Shown here: positions 11,894 to 26,076 of the stretch, piece by piece
How the letters are laid out: every line of letters begins with the position of its first letter
Numbering within the stretch: position 1 is the first letter of the stretch
Source of the DNA: Octopus vulgaris
Taxonomy: Eukaryota
DNA length: 64,000 bases
Direction of reading: 5' to 3'
Assembly: GCA_951406725.2 (NCBI GenBank)
Contig: OX597836.1
Coordinates: 10,664,001-10,728,000, forward strand
Notes under the pieces: generated by a model
Seen by the model: only the letters and a program-made list of their open reading frames with translations
Databases searched by the model: none
Told to the model about the DNA's origin: nothing
Program-made: the position numbers and the translations under genes

Positions 11894-12312
11894 GGCGCAG
11901 GAGTGGCTGTGTGGTAAGTAGCTTACTAACCAACCACATGGTTCCGGGTTCAGTCCCACTGCGTGGCATCTTGGGCAAGTGTCTTCTGCTATAGCCCCGG
12001 GCCGACCAATGCCTTGTGAGTGGATTTGGTAGACGGAAACTGAAAGAAGCCTGTCGTATATATGTATATATATATGTGTGTGTGTGTCTGTGTGTCTGTG
12101 TGTTTGTGTGTCCCCCTAGCATCGCTTGACAACCGATGCTAGTGTGTTTACGTCCCCGTCACTTAGCGGTTCGGCAAAAAAGAGACCGATAGAATAAGTA
12201 CTGGGCTTACAAAGAATAAGTCCCGGGGTCGAGTTGCTCGATTAAAGGCGGTGCTCCAGCATGGCCGCAGTCAAATGACTGAAACAAGTAAAAGAGAAAA
12301 GAGAGAAAGAGA
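11894..12312 (+). mobile_element. SINE family B, full length (tRNA head, CORE-like domain, internal TA/TG repeat, CR1-type tail)
   Basis: GGCGCAGGAGTGGCTGTGTGGTAAG..GGTTCAGTCCC, then GGCATCTTGGGCAAGTG, then tail GCATGGCCGCAGTCAAATGACTGAAACAAGTAAAAGAG. Confidence 0.92.
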
Positions 12313-12353
12313 AAAAAATATATATATATATGTGTGTGTATGTATGTATATAA

Positions 12354-12402
<49 letters not shown>

Positions 12403-12767
12403 TGTATATATATACATATATATATTATATTATATATAATAAATATATATATAATATAATATATATATATATGATATATGATATATCATATATATATATA
12501 TATTTGTATGTATAGTATGTATGTGTATGTGTATGTGTTAAAGAATTCAAGTATATATGCATATATGAATGTGTGTGTGTGTGTGTGTGTGTGTGCAGTG
12601 TATACACATATCTTTGGAAGTATGTAACGCGAATATATGCAATATCTATTTAACCGTAAACGCAATAAATCGTCCGTAACGCGAAAACAACAGCGAAGTT
12701 AACTATTTGCCGTTGTTACGGCCGAAGAGGTAAACAGAAAGCAAAGTTCAATCACACACACACACCT

Positions 12768-12831
<64 letters not shown>

Positions 12832-13172
12832 GTAAACATACATACATATATGCTTGTTTGTTTTTGTTTCTCTTTACATCAGACGATATTTCTGGCAAGG
12901 AACATTAATATTGTATTAAGAGAAAGAGAAAGCTAAATAAATTACTGTATTTGTTTAAGAGTTAATTGAAGGGTTTTATACTTCAGTAATATCGAGTCAC
13001 ATTTGCTGTTGGGGTTGTTTTTTCTTTTGTTTTTTGTCTTTGTTGGTTTTTTGTTTTTTTTGTTTTTTGTTTGTGTTTTTCGATCTCTGATGATGGATCT
13101 CACATCTTTGAGTCGAATCAACTAGCAATTGCAGCACAAAAACAACAGCGACACGATGAATTACCACACACA

Positions 13173-13276
<104 letters not shown>

Positions 13277-13378
13277 AGCCAATGAGCAAGCCGCAATGTA
13301 ATGGTTCGACCTGCATACAAGAATTAGAAGTTAAATCTGTGTGTGTGTGTGTATGTGTGTTTGTGTGTTTGAGTGTAT

Positions 13379-13440
<62 letters not shown>

Positions 13441-13727
13441 TACACATGCAAAATTGGGGACTGGAATTCCCTAATTTTGGATTTCTATTCGCATGCACAG
13501 CAACCCCTACTGCTAACCGTTAGCTTTAAAAACAATTTTTTCAGCTGATCGAATTTCGATACAGGAAAAACTTACAACCTTATTCGTCAATAAACCCCTA
13601 TTGTTCCTGAAAGTTGTTTTTTATACCTTCTTCTATGGAGTGCTTGAAACTTACTTCCTACACTTTGATCCTTGGACTTTCCTTTATATATTACTATATA
13701 CATACGTACATACATACATACATACAT

Positions 13728-13952
13728 TCTTTACTCTTTACTCTTTTACTTGTTTTAGTCACTTGACTGTGGCCATGCTGGAGCACCGCCTTTAGTCGAG
13801 CAACTCGACCCCGGGACTTATTCTTTGTAAGCCCAGTACTTATTCTATCGGTTTCTTTTGTCGAACCGCTAAGTAACGGGGACATAAACACACCAGCATC
13901 GGTTGTCAAGCAATGCTAGGGGGACAAACACAGACACACAAACACACACATG

Positions 13953-14008
<56 letters not shown>

Positions 14009-14121
14009 TACGACGGGCTTCTTTTCAGTTTCCGTCTACCAAATCCACTCACAAGGCTTTGGTCGGCCCGAGGCTATAGTAGAAGACACTTGGCCAAGGT
14101 GCCACGCAGTGGGACTGAACA
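13728..14121 (-). mobile_element. SINE family B, lacking the first part of the head
   Basis: Near-identical reverse complement of 11894-12312. Confidence 0.9.
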
Positions 14122-14617
14122 TATAATGCATTTACTAGTGTATAATCGTATGTCCATAGAATTACGCCTTATTCTTCTTAAAGAAATGAAGGACTTAATG
14201 GCCACTGTAGTCCAAGGTACTCGAAACAGGCCAGATGGTAACAACTAGTATGTCTGTGATCAGAGAATACCTTAAGCCTTTGACTGTCCAGAGCATTTTT
14301 ACAAGTTTCTCCGAATGGCTGTGAGGTAAGAAGATTGCTTCCCAATCACATGGTTTCGGGTTCAGTCTCACTGTGTGGCACCTTGGGTAAGTGTTTTCTA
14401 TTATACCCTTGGGTCGACCAAGGCCTTGTGAGTGGATTCAGTAGACGGAAACTGAAAGAAGCCCGTCGCATATATATATATATATATATATACCTATTAA
14501 CCAATTTAGGTACCGGGTTGGCTCAGTACTATATTTTATCGACCCCCGAAAGTAGGAAAGGCAAACTTGACTTCGGTAGAGTTTGAACCCAGAATGTAAT
14601 GATTCATTAAGCCGTCA

Positions 14618-14679
<62 letters not shown>

Positions 14680-14718
14680 TGAAATAGAGATAAACAGATA
14701 GAGAGAGAATGAGATAGG

Positions 14719-14776
<58 letters not shown>

Positions 14777-15069
14777 GAGATGGAGAGAGAGAGAAAATGA
14801 GATAGATAGATGGATATTTAGAGAGAGGGAGAAGGAGAGAGAGAAAGGAAGAATGAGAGAAAATTTGATAGAGAGATTAGTGAAACAATTACTAGATATT
14901 TCATTAAATGATAAGAAAAATTTATAATTTATCAGCGACAAATTAAAAATTCTTGTGTGATGGTCGTGGGTGGTGTAGGCTGGAGGAAATGTTGAAATGA
15001 CAAATCTATGGAATTGGTATAGATTAGAAATCTTGATCTTTCGTACAACCAGCCAAAGCCTGTCTTGTT

Positions 15070-15571
15070 TATCTTTTACTTGTCGCAGTAAATTGGGTTG
15101 CGTCCATGCTGGGGCATCGCCTTGAAGTGTCTAGTCGAGCAAATCGAATGACCTGACCCCAGTAGAAGTCTAGTATTTATTCTGTCTAGTTGAGCAAATC
15201 GAATGACCTGACCCCAGTAGAAGTCTAGTATTTATTCTGTCGGTCTCTTTTGCCGAACTGCTAGGTTACGGGAATGTAAACACAAACACTGGTTGTCCAG
15301 CGGTGGTGGAGAACACACGCAGACACAAAAACACACGCCAATACATAGAAAACACATACATATAATACATGCATACACACACACACACACACACATACAC
15401 ACACAAACACAAACACATACAAATACACATGCACACATATGTACACACACACACATATATAGGTGGGAGGACAAGCACTAATACACAAACACACACATAC
15501 ACACGTGTGTGTGCGTGTGTATACATATAGATAGATGCACACACATATATACGTGTGTGTGTATGTGTGTG

Positions 15572-15640
<69 letters not shown>

Positions 15641-15990
15641 GTATACACACACGTATATGTGTGTATTTGTGTGTGGGTGCGTGTGTATACATGTAGATAG
15701 ATACACACACATATGTGTGTATCTATCTATCTATCTATCTATATGTATACACACACATATGTGTGTATGTGTGTTGCGTATGTATACATATAGATAGATA
15801 CACACACACACACACACATATACGTGTAAGCGTGTGTGATGAGCTTCTACTCAGTTTCAATCGACCAAATTTATTCAAAAGGCATTGGTTGACCCATGGC
15901 TATATTAGAAGAACTCACCGCACCGTGAGATAGAACCCGACACCACTCGGTTGCGAAGCAAGTTTCGTAACCACCCACACGGACATGTCC
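15070..15990 (-). mobile_element. Old SINE family B copy with an expanded internal microsatellite and a 55-bp tandem duplication (15131-15240)
   Basis: Tail remnant at 15070-15320 and head remnant at 15836-15990, with CA/TCTA repeats between. Confidence 0.65.
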
Positions 15991-17264
15991 GCACTTACGT
16001 ATCATCACTAAGCTCTTTGACTTTGTTAGTCGACTTTTATTCATGATATTACCAAACTTAAATCACGTGAATGTTTAGCTTCGTTAGAAAATAAAATGCT
16101 GTCGAATCCATGTACTTTTACGATAGAGCTGGAATGGAAATACAAACAAACAAAGCAAAACAAAACAAAACTGGAATAAGAAGCATAAGAAGGCCCCCTA
16201 CTTCCTACATAAATTGTGCTATTCTTTTCGATTAGTTTCGGTAGTTTGAAAAGAACGCTTAACTCGGATAAGAGATGTTAAATAAAACCGCCACAAGTAA
16301 AAACCGACTGAATCTACCTTACACGTCATTTTCATCTCATCGATCTAACAAATTAAAACGAAAAGTAGATGGAATATTTCTAACAGCAATAATTAATCTA
16401 AACATCGAAAGAATCAACGTACCAGTATAAGCTGCTGCTAGTTTTCACTCTTAAGAAAAATCACATTCCACCCCACTAACCGCATCTGAATTATTATCTT
16501 GTTAAGTATTCTCAAATGAAATTGCATATAATGTATCGCCGCCCAAAGCTAGACCAATTTCATTGGTGTACTTGATTTGACGTCAAAACCGTGCGTATCA
16601 TTCTGAAATCCTTTTTTGCCTGAAGACAGTGTGTCTGTCTATAATGGCGGATTGATTATCGTTGCGTTACAGTGTCCGTAAAATGGCGGTTTTATTGTGT
16701 TTTATGTAGTTATTTAACGGAAATTACTGATTCACGAATGGAAAAGAAAGTCAATTTCCAAAACACGATAGCCACTGGTCAGTCTTGACCCTGCATCTGC
16801 TCATCTGTCTTTTACTGATTTTAGACATTGAGCTGAGGTCATGCTGGGGCACTTCCTTGAAAAGTTTTAGTCAAGTAAATCGATACCAGTAATTATATAT
16901 TTTTTCTGTAAGTGTAATACTTATTTTATCGGCCAGTTTGGCCGAACCGCTAAGTAATGGGGGAGGGGTTTTAAGAAATCATCAGCAATTATTAAGTAGT
17001 GGGGGAGGACAAATACACACACACACACACTTGGATCGAATAAATCGGCCCTAGTTCTTATACTAAGTCTGGCATTTACTCTATCGGTTCTTTTGCCGAG
17101 CCGCTAATTTGCGAGGACGTAAACAAAACAACATCGGCTGCTCAGCGGTGGCTGTGACACAAACTCAAAAACGCATACACGCATGCGCGCTCACACGACA
17201 CACACAGACGCATACCGTCCACCAAATTGTATGTATGTATATATATACTTTATGTATGTATATA

Positions 17265-17305
<41 letters not shown>

Positions 17306-17306
<1 letters not shown>

Positions 17307-17622
17307 TTTATTTATGCGCCCTTTTCAAGCCTAGCCAGGCTCATGGGCCCGGTTTCCCGGTTTCTGTGGCGTATGTGTCCCTCCCCACCAGCTGGACGGG
17401 ACGCCAGTCCATCGTAGCGTTACTCAAGAAACAGGAAGATTGAGTGAGAGAAAGTTGGGGCGAAAGAGTACAACAGGGGTCGCCACCGCACACTGCCAGA
17501 GCCTTGTGGGTCTTTAGGTATTTTCGCTCAGTAAACAGACACAACGCCCGGTCTGGGAATCGAAACCGCGATCCTCCGACCGCGAGTCCGCTGCCCTGAC
17601 CACTGGGCCATTGCGCCTCCAC
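17306..17622 (-). mobile_element. SINE family C (tRNA-Arg-like head), tail type 3
   Basis: Minus-strand GGAGGCGCAATGGCCCAGTGG..GGACTCGC..TTCGATTCC. The tail contains GGACTGGCGTCCCGTCCAG..GAAACCGGGAAACCGG. Confidence 0.88.
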
Positions 17623-17654
17623 ATATATGTATATATATATATATATATGCATTA

Positions 17655-17711
<57 letters not shown>

Positions 17712-19227
17712 TTAATATACAGACATACATATATATATGTATATATATATACACATACATATATACATATGTATATGTATTAAAACTTTACTCCAGTATT
17801 GAGTGCTTATCCCACTACAAACATACACACACGCTAGCACACAAACACACACACACACTCACACATACATTGTGTTGCTTCATCTATGCATTTGTAATTG
17901 TATGTATAGATAATACTGCCTCATAACACTGTGTTCTTCGATGAGCACGTTTAAGGAGCTGATGTATATATACGTCTACGGCATAAACCCAGTTCTTCAT
18001 TTTCATTTTCCCCCTCTCTCTGTCGCTCACTCGCACGAACACGCGCTTATATAACCAAAAACAAACGTAAAATATATCGAATATACTTCGATACTGGTAG
18101 TTACGAAGTTATGTCGGCTGACAGATAGGCAAAACTCACTTTGGCCTCCAAATACATACATAGATACTTTAAACACCTGTCAGAATTTTTTCGTCAGTAA
18201 TTGCTATATTCACAGTTTATGAAACATATAGTTTATTCCCCTTCAGCGTTTTTGTTTTTGATATTCGCCTCATCTGATTCGTTTGTTCGCTTCCATTCAA
18301 TAATGTCGCCATTATATTCTATCTTTGGCACCGACGTGGAGGGGAAATTCGTGAGTGTTCTGCGAATCAGGGTTTGTTAATGTGTTTTTGTTTTTCTTCT
18401 CCTTTTTCATTTGTATTGCATCTTTTCATTTGGATTTACCAACCGCAATTGAAATGGACGTAAGTTCTTCGATATAAAGAAACGGTCAGGATCTGGAAAA
18501 CAGTATTCCATAAAACATTCCAAGAAATATCGATTGGTATTGATTCCATAACAATTTTTTTTTTCGTTTCGTTTTGTGGTATTTCTACAGTTGGAGATTG
18601 CCTTGAACTGCACGGCATCTGTTTTACGATTTCCTAGCATTCTACAATCTCTTCCAAGACAGTTAAATTATATAATACCGGAACGCAGGTCAAGAGATAC
18701 AAAATTTAAAGATTATTCATGGAATATTGCTACTTTCTGACCATATTTCTTTAAAACTATTGTGCATATCTTGGACGAGAATAAATCAAAAGGCTACCGT
18801 GGAATATCTGGATTTATTCCCGATTTTTCCCCCTCTCGGTGAATGTTGTGACTAATCAGATTATCACGCATTTTGATTTTGACGTTTATTATTGGCGGAT
18901 AATGCCCTGATGAGCTGTTTGCTTAAGTGTTACGAAACCGGCTCGAATATCTTTTAAGTTGAAGGAGCTCTTGTCTAAACAATGCACAGCATATAAATGT
19001 CAAACGAAAACAATATCGTATAACTTTTCGCTTTCCGTTATAGTCGAATATGATTGGCTAGCATGCCTCAAGTAGTGAATATCATTGGTTATCAGATGAA
19101 CACAAATGTATTTAGCTATCACTTGCAATCAAATATAACTGGATATCACGTAACATGAATAATGGTTACCTTCACGTGTTATTTCTATTAACGGTGAAGA
19201 GATTGCCTCAGAAATGTTAATAACCAC

Positions 19228-19370
19228 GCGCAGAAGTGGGTGTGTGGTAAGTAGCTTACCGGGTTCAGTTCCACTGCATGGCACCTTGGGCAAGTGTCTT
19301 CTACTATAGCCTCGGGCCGACCAAAGCTTTGTGAGTGGATTTGGTAGACGGAAACTGAAAAAATCTTTTC

Positions 19371-19446
<76 letters not shown>

Positions 19447-19980
19447 GTGTATAATTAATCTCTGAGCGAGATATAAACAGTATAGGCGCAGGAATGGCTG
19501 TGTGGTAAGTAGCTTGCTTACCAACCACATGGTTCCGGGTTCATTCCCACTGCGTGGCACCTTCTACTATAGTCTCGGGCCGACCAAAGCCTTGTGAGTG
19601 GATTTGGTAGACGGAAACTGAAAGAAGCCCGTTGTATATATGTATATATATATATGTATGTGTGTGTATATGTATCTGTGTGTATATGTTTGTGTAGACA
19701 AAAACTGAAAGAAGTCCGTTGCATACACACACACACACATATATGTATATATATACACACGTGTGGGTGAGTCTTTGTGTCTCCCCCCACCGCCGCCGCT
19801 TCACAACTGCTTTTGATGTGTTTGCATCTCCTTAAATTTAATGGCTCGGCTAAAGACTACGTACCAGGCTTTTAAAGAAATAAGTACTGAGGTCGATTCT
19901 TTGGAATAGAAATCCTGCAAGGCGGTGCTCCAGCATGGCTGCAGTCTAATGACCGAAATTAGTCAAGAATATAGAGATAA
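19228..19980 (+). mobile_element. Two SINE family B copies (a partial head, then a near-complete copy from 19484)
   Basis: Family B head and CORE motifs occur twice, with the tail GGCGGTGCTCCAGCATGG at ~19921. Confidence 0.8.
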
Positions 19981-20566
19981 AGACAACATCAAAATAGTTT
20001 GCCTTCTTTCGGCCTTTTAGGGAGGAAATCGGATACATGTATTCAAAATTTTTATTGCCCTTTAGCAGCGGAAAGCAGTTTTATAAACCAATCTCTTTTT
20101 TTTTTATTGAGGAATGTCATTTTTGAAACCATTCCTGGTTTCAAAGATATGTTGAGATATGTTGAGTTGAATGTGGCAGCGTGATTTGCAGATAATACCA
20201 TTTCTATTTTTTTTTTGGTACATATTCATCATCATTACTAGAAAAAATAAAAAAAGCCATGAAATTTAATTTTACAGTCAAAGGGTTAGTTAGGAAAATT
20301 GAAACAGGAAACGTGTTCCTAAAAATAAAATATTTCGCCATACACAGGAAATGAATTCTCTCTACATGAGTTTACAGACAAGTGAACAGATAGATATTGT
20401 TAAGGGCCGTTGCGACTCTGAAGCGGTTTCAATTCCCCGTTTCGTCTACATTTTCGTCTACATTTTAAGGGACGTGGAAAAGGCATGGGTGTTAGATATT
20501 TTCTATATTCATTACTCTTGTAGTATAGGGGTTTAATACCAAATATAAAAGATAATACATATATAT

Positions 20567-21185
20567 TCTTTTATTTGTTTCAGTCATTTGACTGCGGCCA
20601 TGCTGGAGCACCGCCTTTAGTGGAACAAATAGGCCCCAGGATTTATACTTTGTAAGCCTAGTACTTATCCTATCGGTCTTTTTTACCGAACCGCTAAGTT
20701 ACGGGGACGTATTAGGCGACGAGCTGGCAGAAACGTCAGCACGTCCGGCGAAATGCTTAGCGGTATTTCGTCTGCCGTTACGTTCTGAGTTCAAATTCCA
20801 CCGAGGTCGACTTTGCCTTTCATCCTTTCGGGGTCGATAAATTAAGTACCAGTTACGCACTGGGGTCGATGTAATGGACTTAATCCGTTTGTCTGTCCTT
20901 GTTTGCCCCTTCTATGTTTAGCCCCTTGTGGGCAATAAAGAAATAAGAAACTTGTCTTGTAACCTCTGTTTCATTTTAAAAGTCAATGAGGCTGTGAGCT
21001 GGACAAAACACTTATTAGCATTTCGTTTGTCGCTTCGTTCCGAGTTCAAATACCACCGGGATCAAGTTTGCCATTTATCTCTTCGGGACTGATTAAATAA
21101 GTACCACTTGAACACTGGGGCCGGTGTAATCGACTTGACCCCATCTCCGAAATTTCTGGGCCTTGTGCCAAAATTTGAAACCAGT
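20567..21185. mobile_element. Cluster of a family B tail (minus, 20567-20710), a full family A copy (+, 20715-20948) and an old family A copy (+, ~20995-21185)
   Basis: Family motifs as described above. Confidence 0.85.
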
Positions 21186-21814
21186 TTTAAAAGCCATGTC
21201 AAAATTGTATGCTTGTCAGAAGAACATATACCTGATATGACAATTTACATAAAAATCCCGTGATTAGCATTACGCATTAATTAATTAATTGTAATAGCCT
21301 TATAAAGAAGGAGCGACATTTTCTCCCAAGCCGCTGTGTTTCTTACGCAACGAACAGAAATAGCAGAGAAAATTGCCATTGTTAAACATTTACAATGAAC
21401 GCGAAGCTTGATTATATTCACTGATCTTTGCACGCACGTTCTACCTTAATTGGTTTTCGCTTCTAAACAGTTCAGCTTTCATTTACTTTCAACCATAGCT
21501 ATCTTACCTTTTTCAAAAATGCAATAATGCGTTCGGGGAGCAAACATAATGAAGTTATTTCAAACAGGTGGTGATTGGTAGAAGGAATACGATATCATAG
21601 AGAGATATTTTTCAAGACTGTTGGTAATCTTCCTTTCTGAGAGGAGAATAATAAACCCAAACTTGCTATAATGTAAACACATTTCATATGGATCGAAATT
21701 CAGTTTAATGTACATATCATGGTCGATAGTATTGAATGCCAGTTCGATACTGATTCAACATTGATCTAACGAGTAAATTTTACAGAGGATCTTATTAAAC
21801 TATGATTGGACAAC

Positions 21815-22105
21815 GTAAGATTTACAACCGTGTTTCGTGGTCTGCTACCACAACAGCTCCTTTATAGGATCCAGTTAGCTCAAGACATCATCAGGAGGAA
21901 CCACGTCCGGTTTCGGTCCCCACTCCTCTACCGTTTTGACGTGGCAGCCCCTCTACTTTCGGAGCTGTCTTCAGCTCTGGTGTTGGGTGCATGTCTTCTT
22001 TCTTCTTCTTCTTTCTTCTGTTCCCTGGCCTCTTCAATGTATCGTCAGCGAGTGTCAGCGGGCGACTGACTGTCTTGTCAAATGTCTCCCTTTAAATACC
22101 TGCCG
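21815..22105 (-). mobile_element. Interspersed repeat, probably a Penelope-like terminal repeat, with two hammerhead-like motifs
   Basis: Clearly homologous to 43000-43290. The minus strand begins with TATA-like GTATTTAAAGGGAGA and carries CUGAAGA..GAAACCGG and CUGAUGA..GAAAC. Confidence 0.55.
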
Positions 22106-22109
22106 CATA

Positions 22110-22260
22110 CGGTGCTCCTCAGCCTTTTTTCACTTGCGGCACACTTATATATTCTTTTCAAAATAGGGAGCGAAAAATTGTATACAGCTTATACTGCGGC
22201 ACACTTAGCATCGTCCCGTGGCACGCCAGGGTTCCGCGGCATACGGGTTGCGGAGCACTG
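22110..22260. mobile_element. hAT (Charlie-like) MITE, 151 bp
   Basis: Imperfect TIRs CGGTGCTCCTCAGCC / GGTTGCGGAGCACTG and internal TGCGGCACACTT twice. No 8-bp TSD is visible. Confidence 0.55.
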
Positions 22261-22304
22261 ATGTAAAGTTCACTGATGTAAAGTTCACTGATGTAAAGTT
22301 CACT

Positions 22305-22412
22305 CTCACTGCGTGGCACCTTGGGAAAGTGTCTTCTACTTTAGCCTCGGGTTGACCAAAGCCTTGTGAGTGGATTTGGTAGAGAGAAACTGAAAGAAGC
22401 TATATATGTATG

Positions 22413-22509
<97 letters not shown>

Positions 22510-22830
22510 ATGTGTGTGTGTGTGTATGTGTGTGTGTGTGTTTGTACCCCTACCAACAGGTGTTGGTGTGTTTACGTCCTCATAAAATAGTGGTTCTGTG
22601 AAAGACACCGATAGAATAAGTACCAGGCTTAAAAATATGTATTGGAATCGATTAATTCGACTAAAACTTCAAAGGCCGATAAATAAAAGGATAAAAAGAC
22701 TCCCTTCGATCATGAAAGACCATTGGATTGCACCTAGAAAGTTCCCCTCCGAGGCAAAACTCTGGTCAAGGTTGTTTGTGGAAGATCAGCAGTCGCCATG
22801 CATTCCAGCCTCCTCTCTCCGCGCTACTGG
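22305..22830. mobile_element. SINE family B (+, 22305-22700) abutting a family D tail fragment (minus, 22700-22830)
   Basis: CACTGCGTGGCACCTTGGGAAAGTG.. followed by GATTGCACCTAGAAAGTTCCCCTCCGAGGC. Confidence 0.75.
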
Positions 22831-24289
22831 CTAAATATATATATAGCGGTAAGAAATGTTCAAGAGACCTGAACAACAGGTCCTCAGAGAAGAAACCCTC
22901 CCTTAGGCAAGTGTTTCAGCCCTTTAACTTATTACACCCTAAGGGATCTGGGCTCCATCCGGGTCACGAATCCTGTGTACCCTTCTGCTGACACTTTTGG
23001 ATACCGGAGACTTGTGTATTTAAACCGCGATTTCATCCAGTTGAAACTCCTCTCTGTTGACTCAGCTTTCAAACTTATACTTAAAGAAGAAATAACATTG
23101 GTTGCTATGGTAACAGTGAAAAGAAAAGTCGATCCTGGCGGCCTTTGAACTTAGAAAGTAAATCCGGAAGATATGTTGCTACGGATTTTCTCCGTTGTGC
23201 TAATGACTGTGCCAGCTCACCGCCGTAGACACGTTAGATAATGTACATCCGAATGTACCATGACGGCAAAAGGGAAAACAGGAGACCAACAATGTAGTCT
23301 CTACATGGTCGCTCCACATGCTGGAAATAGCAGACAGATTTCCCTTTTCCTACTGTATTAAAAAAGACTAGGACAGTGAAAAGTTTATGCAGAGATATAC
23401 AGCTTGAAAAAAATATAGATAGGAAGGGTATGGGGCCAGAAACGCTTTTAGGAGTCCGATAGAGGGCGACACTGAACAGATAAGATGCTTTTACACATTT
23501 TATTATGAGGGGGAATTTTTTCTCTATGGTAAACTGCAGTAAAATTGCCTTTAGAAGTTAAAACACGCCACAAACATATTTGAACTAATCTAAGGGGACA
23601 GATTAGCTGTCCCCTTAGAATGTAAGAAGTTAAGGGCTGAAACATTTGTCTGAGTAGGATTTCTTTTCTGAAGACCGTCTGCTTCTCAGCTCTCTTGGGA
23701 GTTTCTTACCACCAGTACCAGTTAAATACTGGGGTCGATGTGATCGACTTGTTCCCGCTTGTGCCTTTAATAGAAATGATTATTTAACAACCTTTTTTTT
23801 TCTCAAAATGAAAGGTGTTTGTTGAGGAATATTTCGCTGTTGTTTCTAGCATGTTGAGAGCGTAGACGTTCCTTCTTCATCTTGTGAACGACAGCTTTAC
23901 CCACGGATGACGTTACAGTGTATTGCTATTGATGTGAAGCGATCCCCTGACTTGGCGTTGACAAGGTACGATCACGACTCGGACGTGTTTAATTGATCAG
24001 TTATAAAATTTTTTTTAGATAATTAATTAACTCAATTAAATATGAAATATTCATTTCAAAACAAGTAAACATAGTTCTTAAAGCTAATGACATTACATGT
24101 TGTTCGATATTTTATGTCAAAGTAATTAACAAACCTAATTAAAAATTATAAACAGCTATTGTCTTGTAATAAGAGAATGAGATTGTTCGCAGGCTGTTTA
24201 CAAGTTTCTGAGAAAGTGGCGTGACGCTTTGTGTGCGCTGCAGTGAGTGGCGTGTTTAAGGTGAGTGGTTTATGAATTGTGAATTGGTT

Positions 24290-25080
24290 TAAAGTTTGGC
24301 ACAAAGTCGGTAAATTCAGGGGGAATTTACAGCGACCCCGGTACTTGACTAGTACTTAATTTTATCGAACAATGAAAATGTGAAAGGCAAAGTTGACAAT
24401 GGTGGTATTTGAGCTGAAAGCGTAAAGAACTAGAAGAAATGCCGCTAAGCATTTCTGTCCGTCAGGCTATCGTTTCTCTCAGCTCGTGGCCTTAATAATA
24501 ATAACTATCCTTTCTACTAAAGGCACAGGGCCTGAAATTTTTGGGGAGTGGACTACTCGATTACATCGATCCCAGTATCTCACTGGTACTTAATTTATCG
24601 ACCTCTAGAGGATAAAAGGCGAAGCCGACCTCGGCGGAATTTGAACTCAGAACATGAAGACGGATGAAATACCGTCAAGTATTTCGTCCAGAGCGCTAAC
24701 GATTCTGCTAACACGCTGCTTTGCTCGCTGCCTTAATAATCCTTTCTACTATAGGCACAATGCCTGAAATTATGGGGGAGGGGGCTGGTCGATTAGCTCG
24801 ACCGCAGTACGCAACTGGTACTTAATTTATCGACCCCGAGAGGATGAAAGGCGAAGTCGACCTCGGCGGAATTTGAACTCAGAACGTAGCGGCAGACGAA
24901 ATACCTATTTCTTTACTACCCCAATGGGCTAAACACAGAGGGAACAAACAAGGACAGACAAACGGATTAAGTCGATTATATCGACCCCAGTGCGTAACTG
25001 GTACTTATTTAATCGACCCCGAGAGGATGAAAAGCAAAGTCGACCTCGGCGGAATTTGAACTCAGAACGTAGCGACGGGT
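24290..25080 (-). mobile_element. Stack of four family A units of different ages and tails
   Basis: Repeated AAGGC(A/G)AAG..GAC..GG(C/T)GG(A/T)ATTTGA at ~24385, 24617, 24849 and 25032. Confidence 0.85.
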
Positions 25081-25578
25081 GAAAAATGTATGTGAAACGG
25101 CTTCTAGCCGGAACTGAAACTTTGCCCTTGGCTTCTAATTGCAGGAAATATACCTCATGCTCTGTAACAACTCTTTACCATTTCAGGCCAGATTAGGCTT
25201 CTTCCTCATCGCATTAATCTATCACTTTGGGTCCCCATTCGTTGAAGAAAGAGAAAAAAAAAACCTTCTAACTGTTTACACTTCTGACGCCATTTCTTTT
25301 CCTGAGAATATTTATATTTGGGGAGTAGATAACGGAGCTAACAAGTCCACTGATGTAAATATGCGCTCTCTTACATCATGTACGTACGGCAAAAGGGGAA
25401 AAATGAGTCATTCAATTTCAACAACGGATATAAACCTGTATGCTTATATACGTTTGGAAGAACGTATGTATGTATGTATGTATGTATGTATGTATGTATG
25501 TATGTATGTATGTATGTATGTATGTATGTATGTATGTATGTATGTGTGTATGTATGTATGTATGTATGTATGTATGTG

Positions 25579-25610
<32 letters not shown>

Positions 25611-25630
25611 TGTATGTATTAGTATTTTTT

Positions 25631-25678
<48 letters not shown>

Positions 25679-26022
25679 TGTATATTCATACATATATATG
25701 CATATGCGTATACACATACACACAGCGATATAAAATACGTATATGTGATACCCACATCATATACATGGTTTATTTGTTTTAAGAGACATACAGACATATA
25801 CAGAAATGCTTACATACATATATAATACATACATACATACATACACACACACACATATACATATATATATATTAATCTCTGTATCTATATATTTATATTT
25901 ATGCAAATATATGTGTGTGTATATATATATATATTTATATAAATATATTGCATGCCTACACACACACACATATATATATACATACATACATACATACATA
26001 CATACATACATACATACATACA

Positions 26023-26076
<54 letters not shown>

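Noticed and set aside
14125-14310. Possible old LINE RT remnant (KAFD-like), and a possible maT C-terminus at ~33800-33910
   Set aside because: Both are too degraded to support without a profile search.
18900-18950. CTGATGAG..CGAAACCGG hammerhead-like motif
   Set aside because: Helix II and helix I cannot be paired convincingly and the cleavage triplet is missing.
20054-20289. piggyBac-like MITE (CCCTTT..AAAGGG)
   Set aside because: There is no TTAA duplication and the match is too short.
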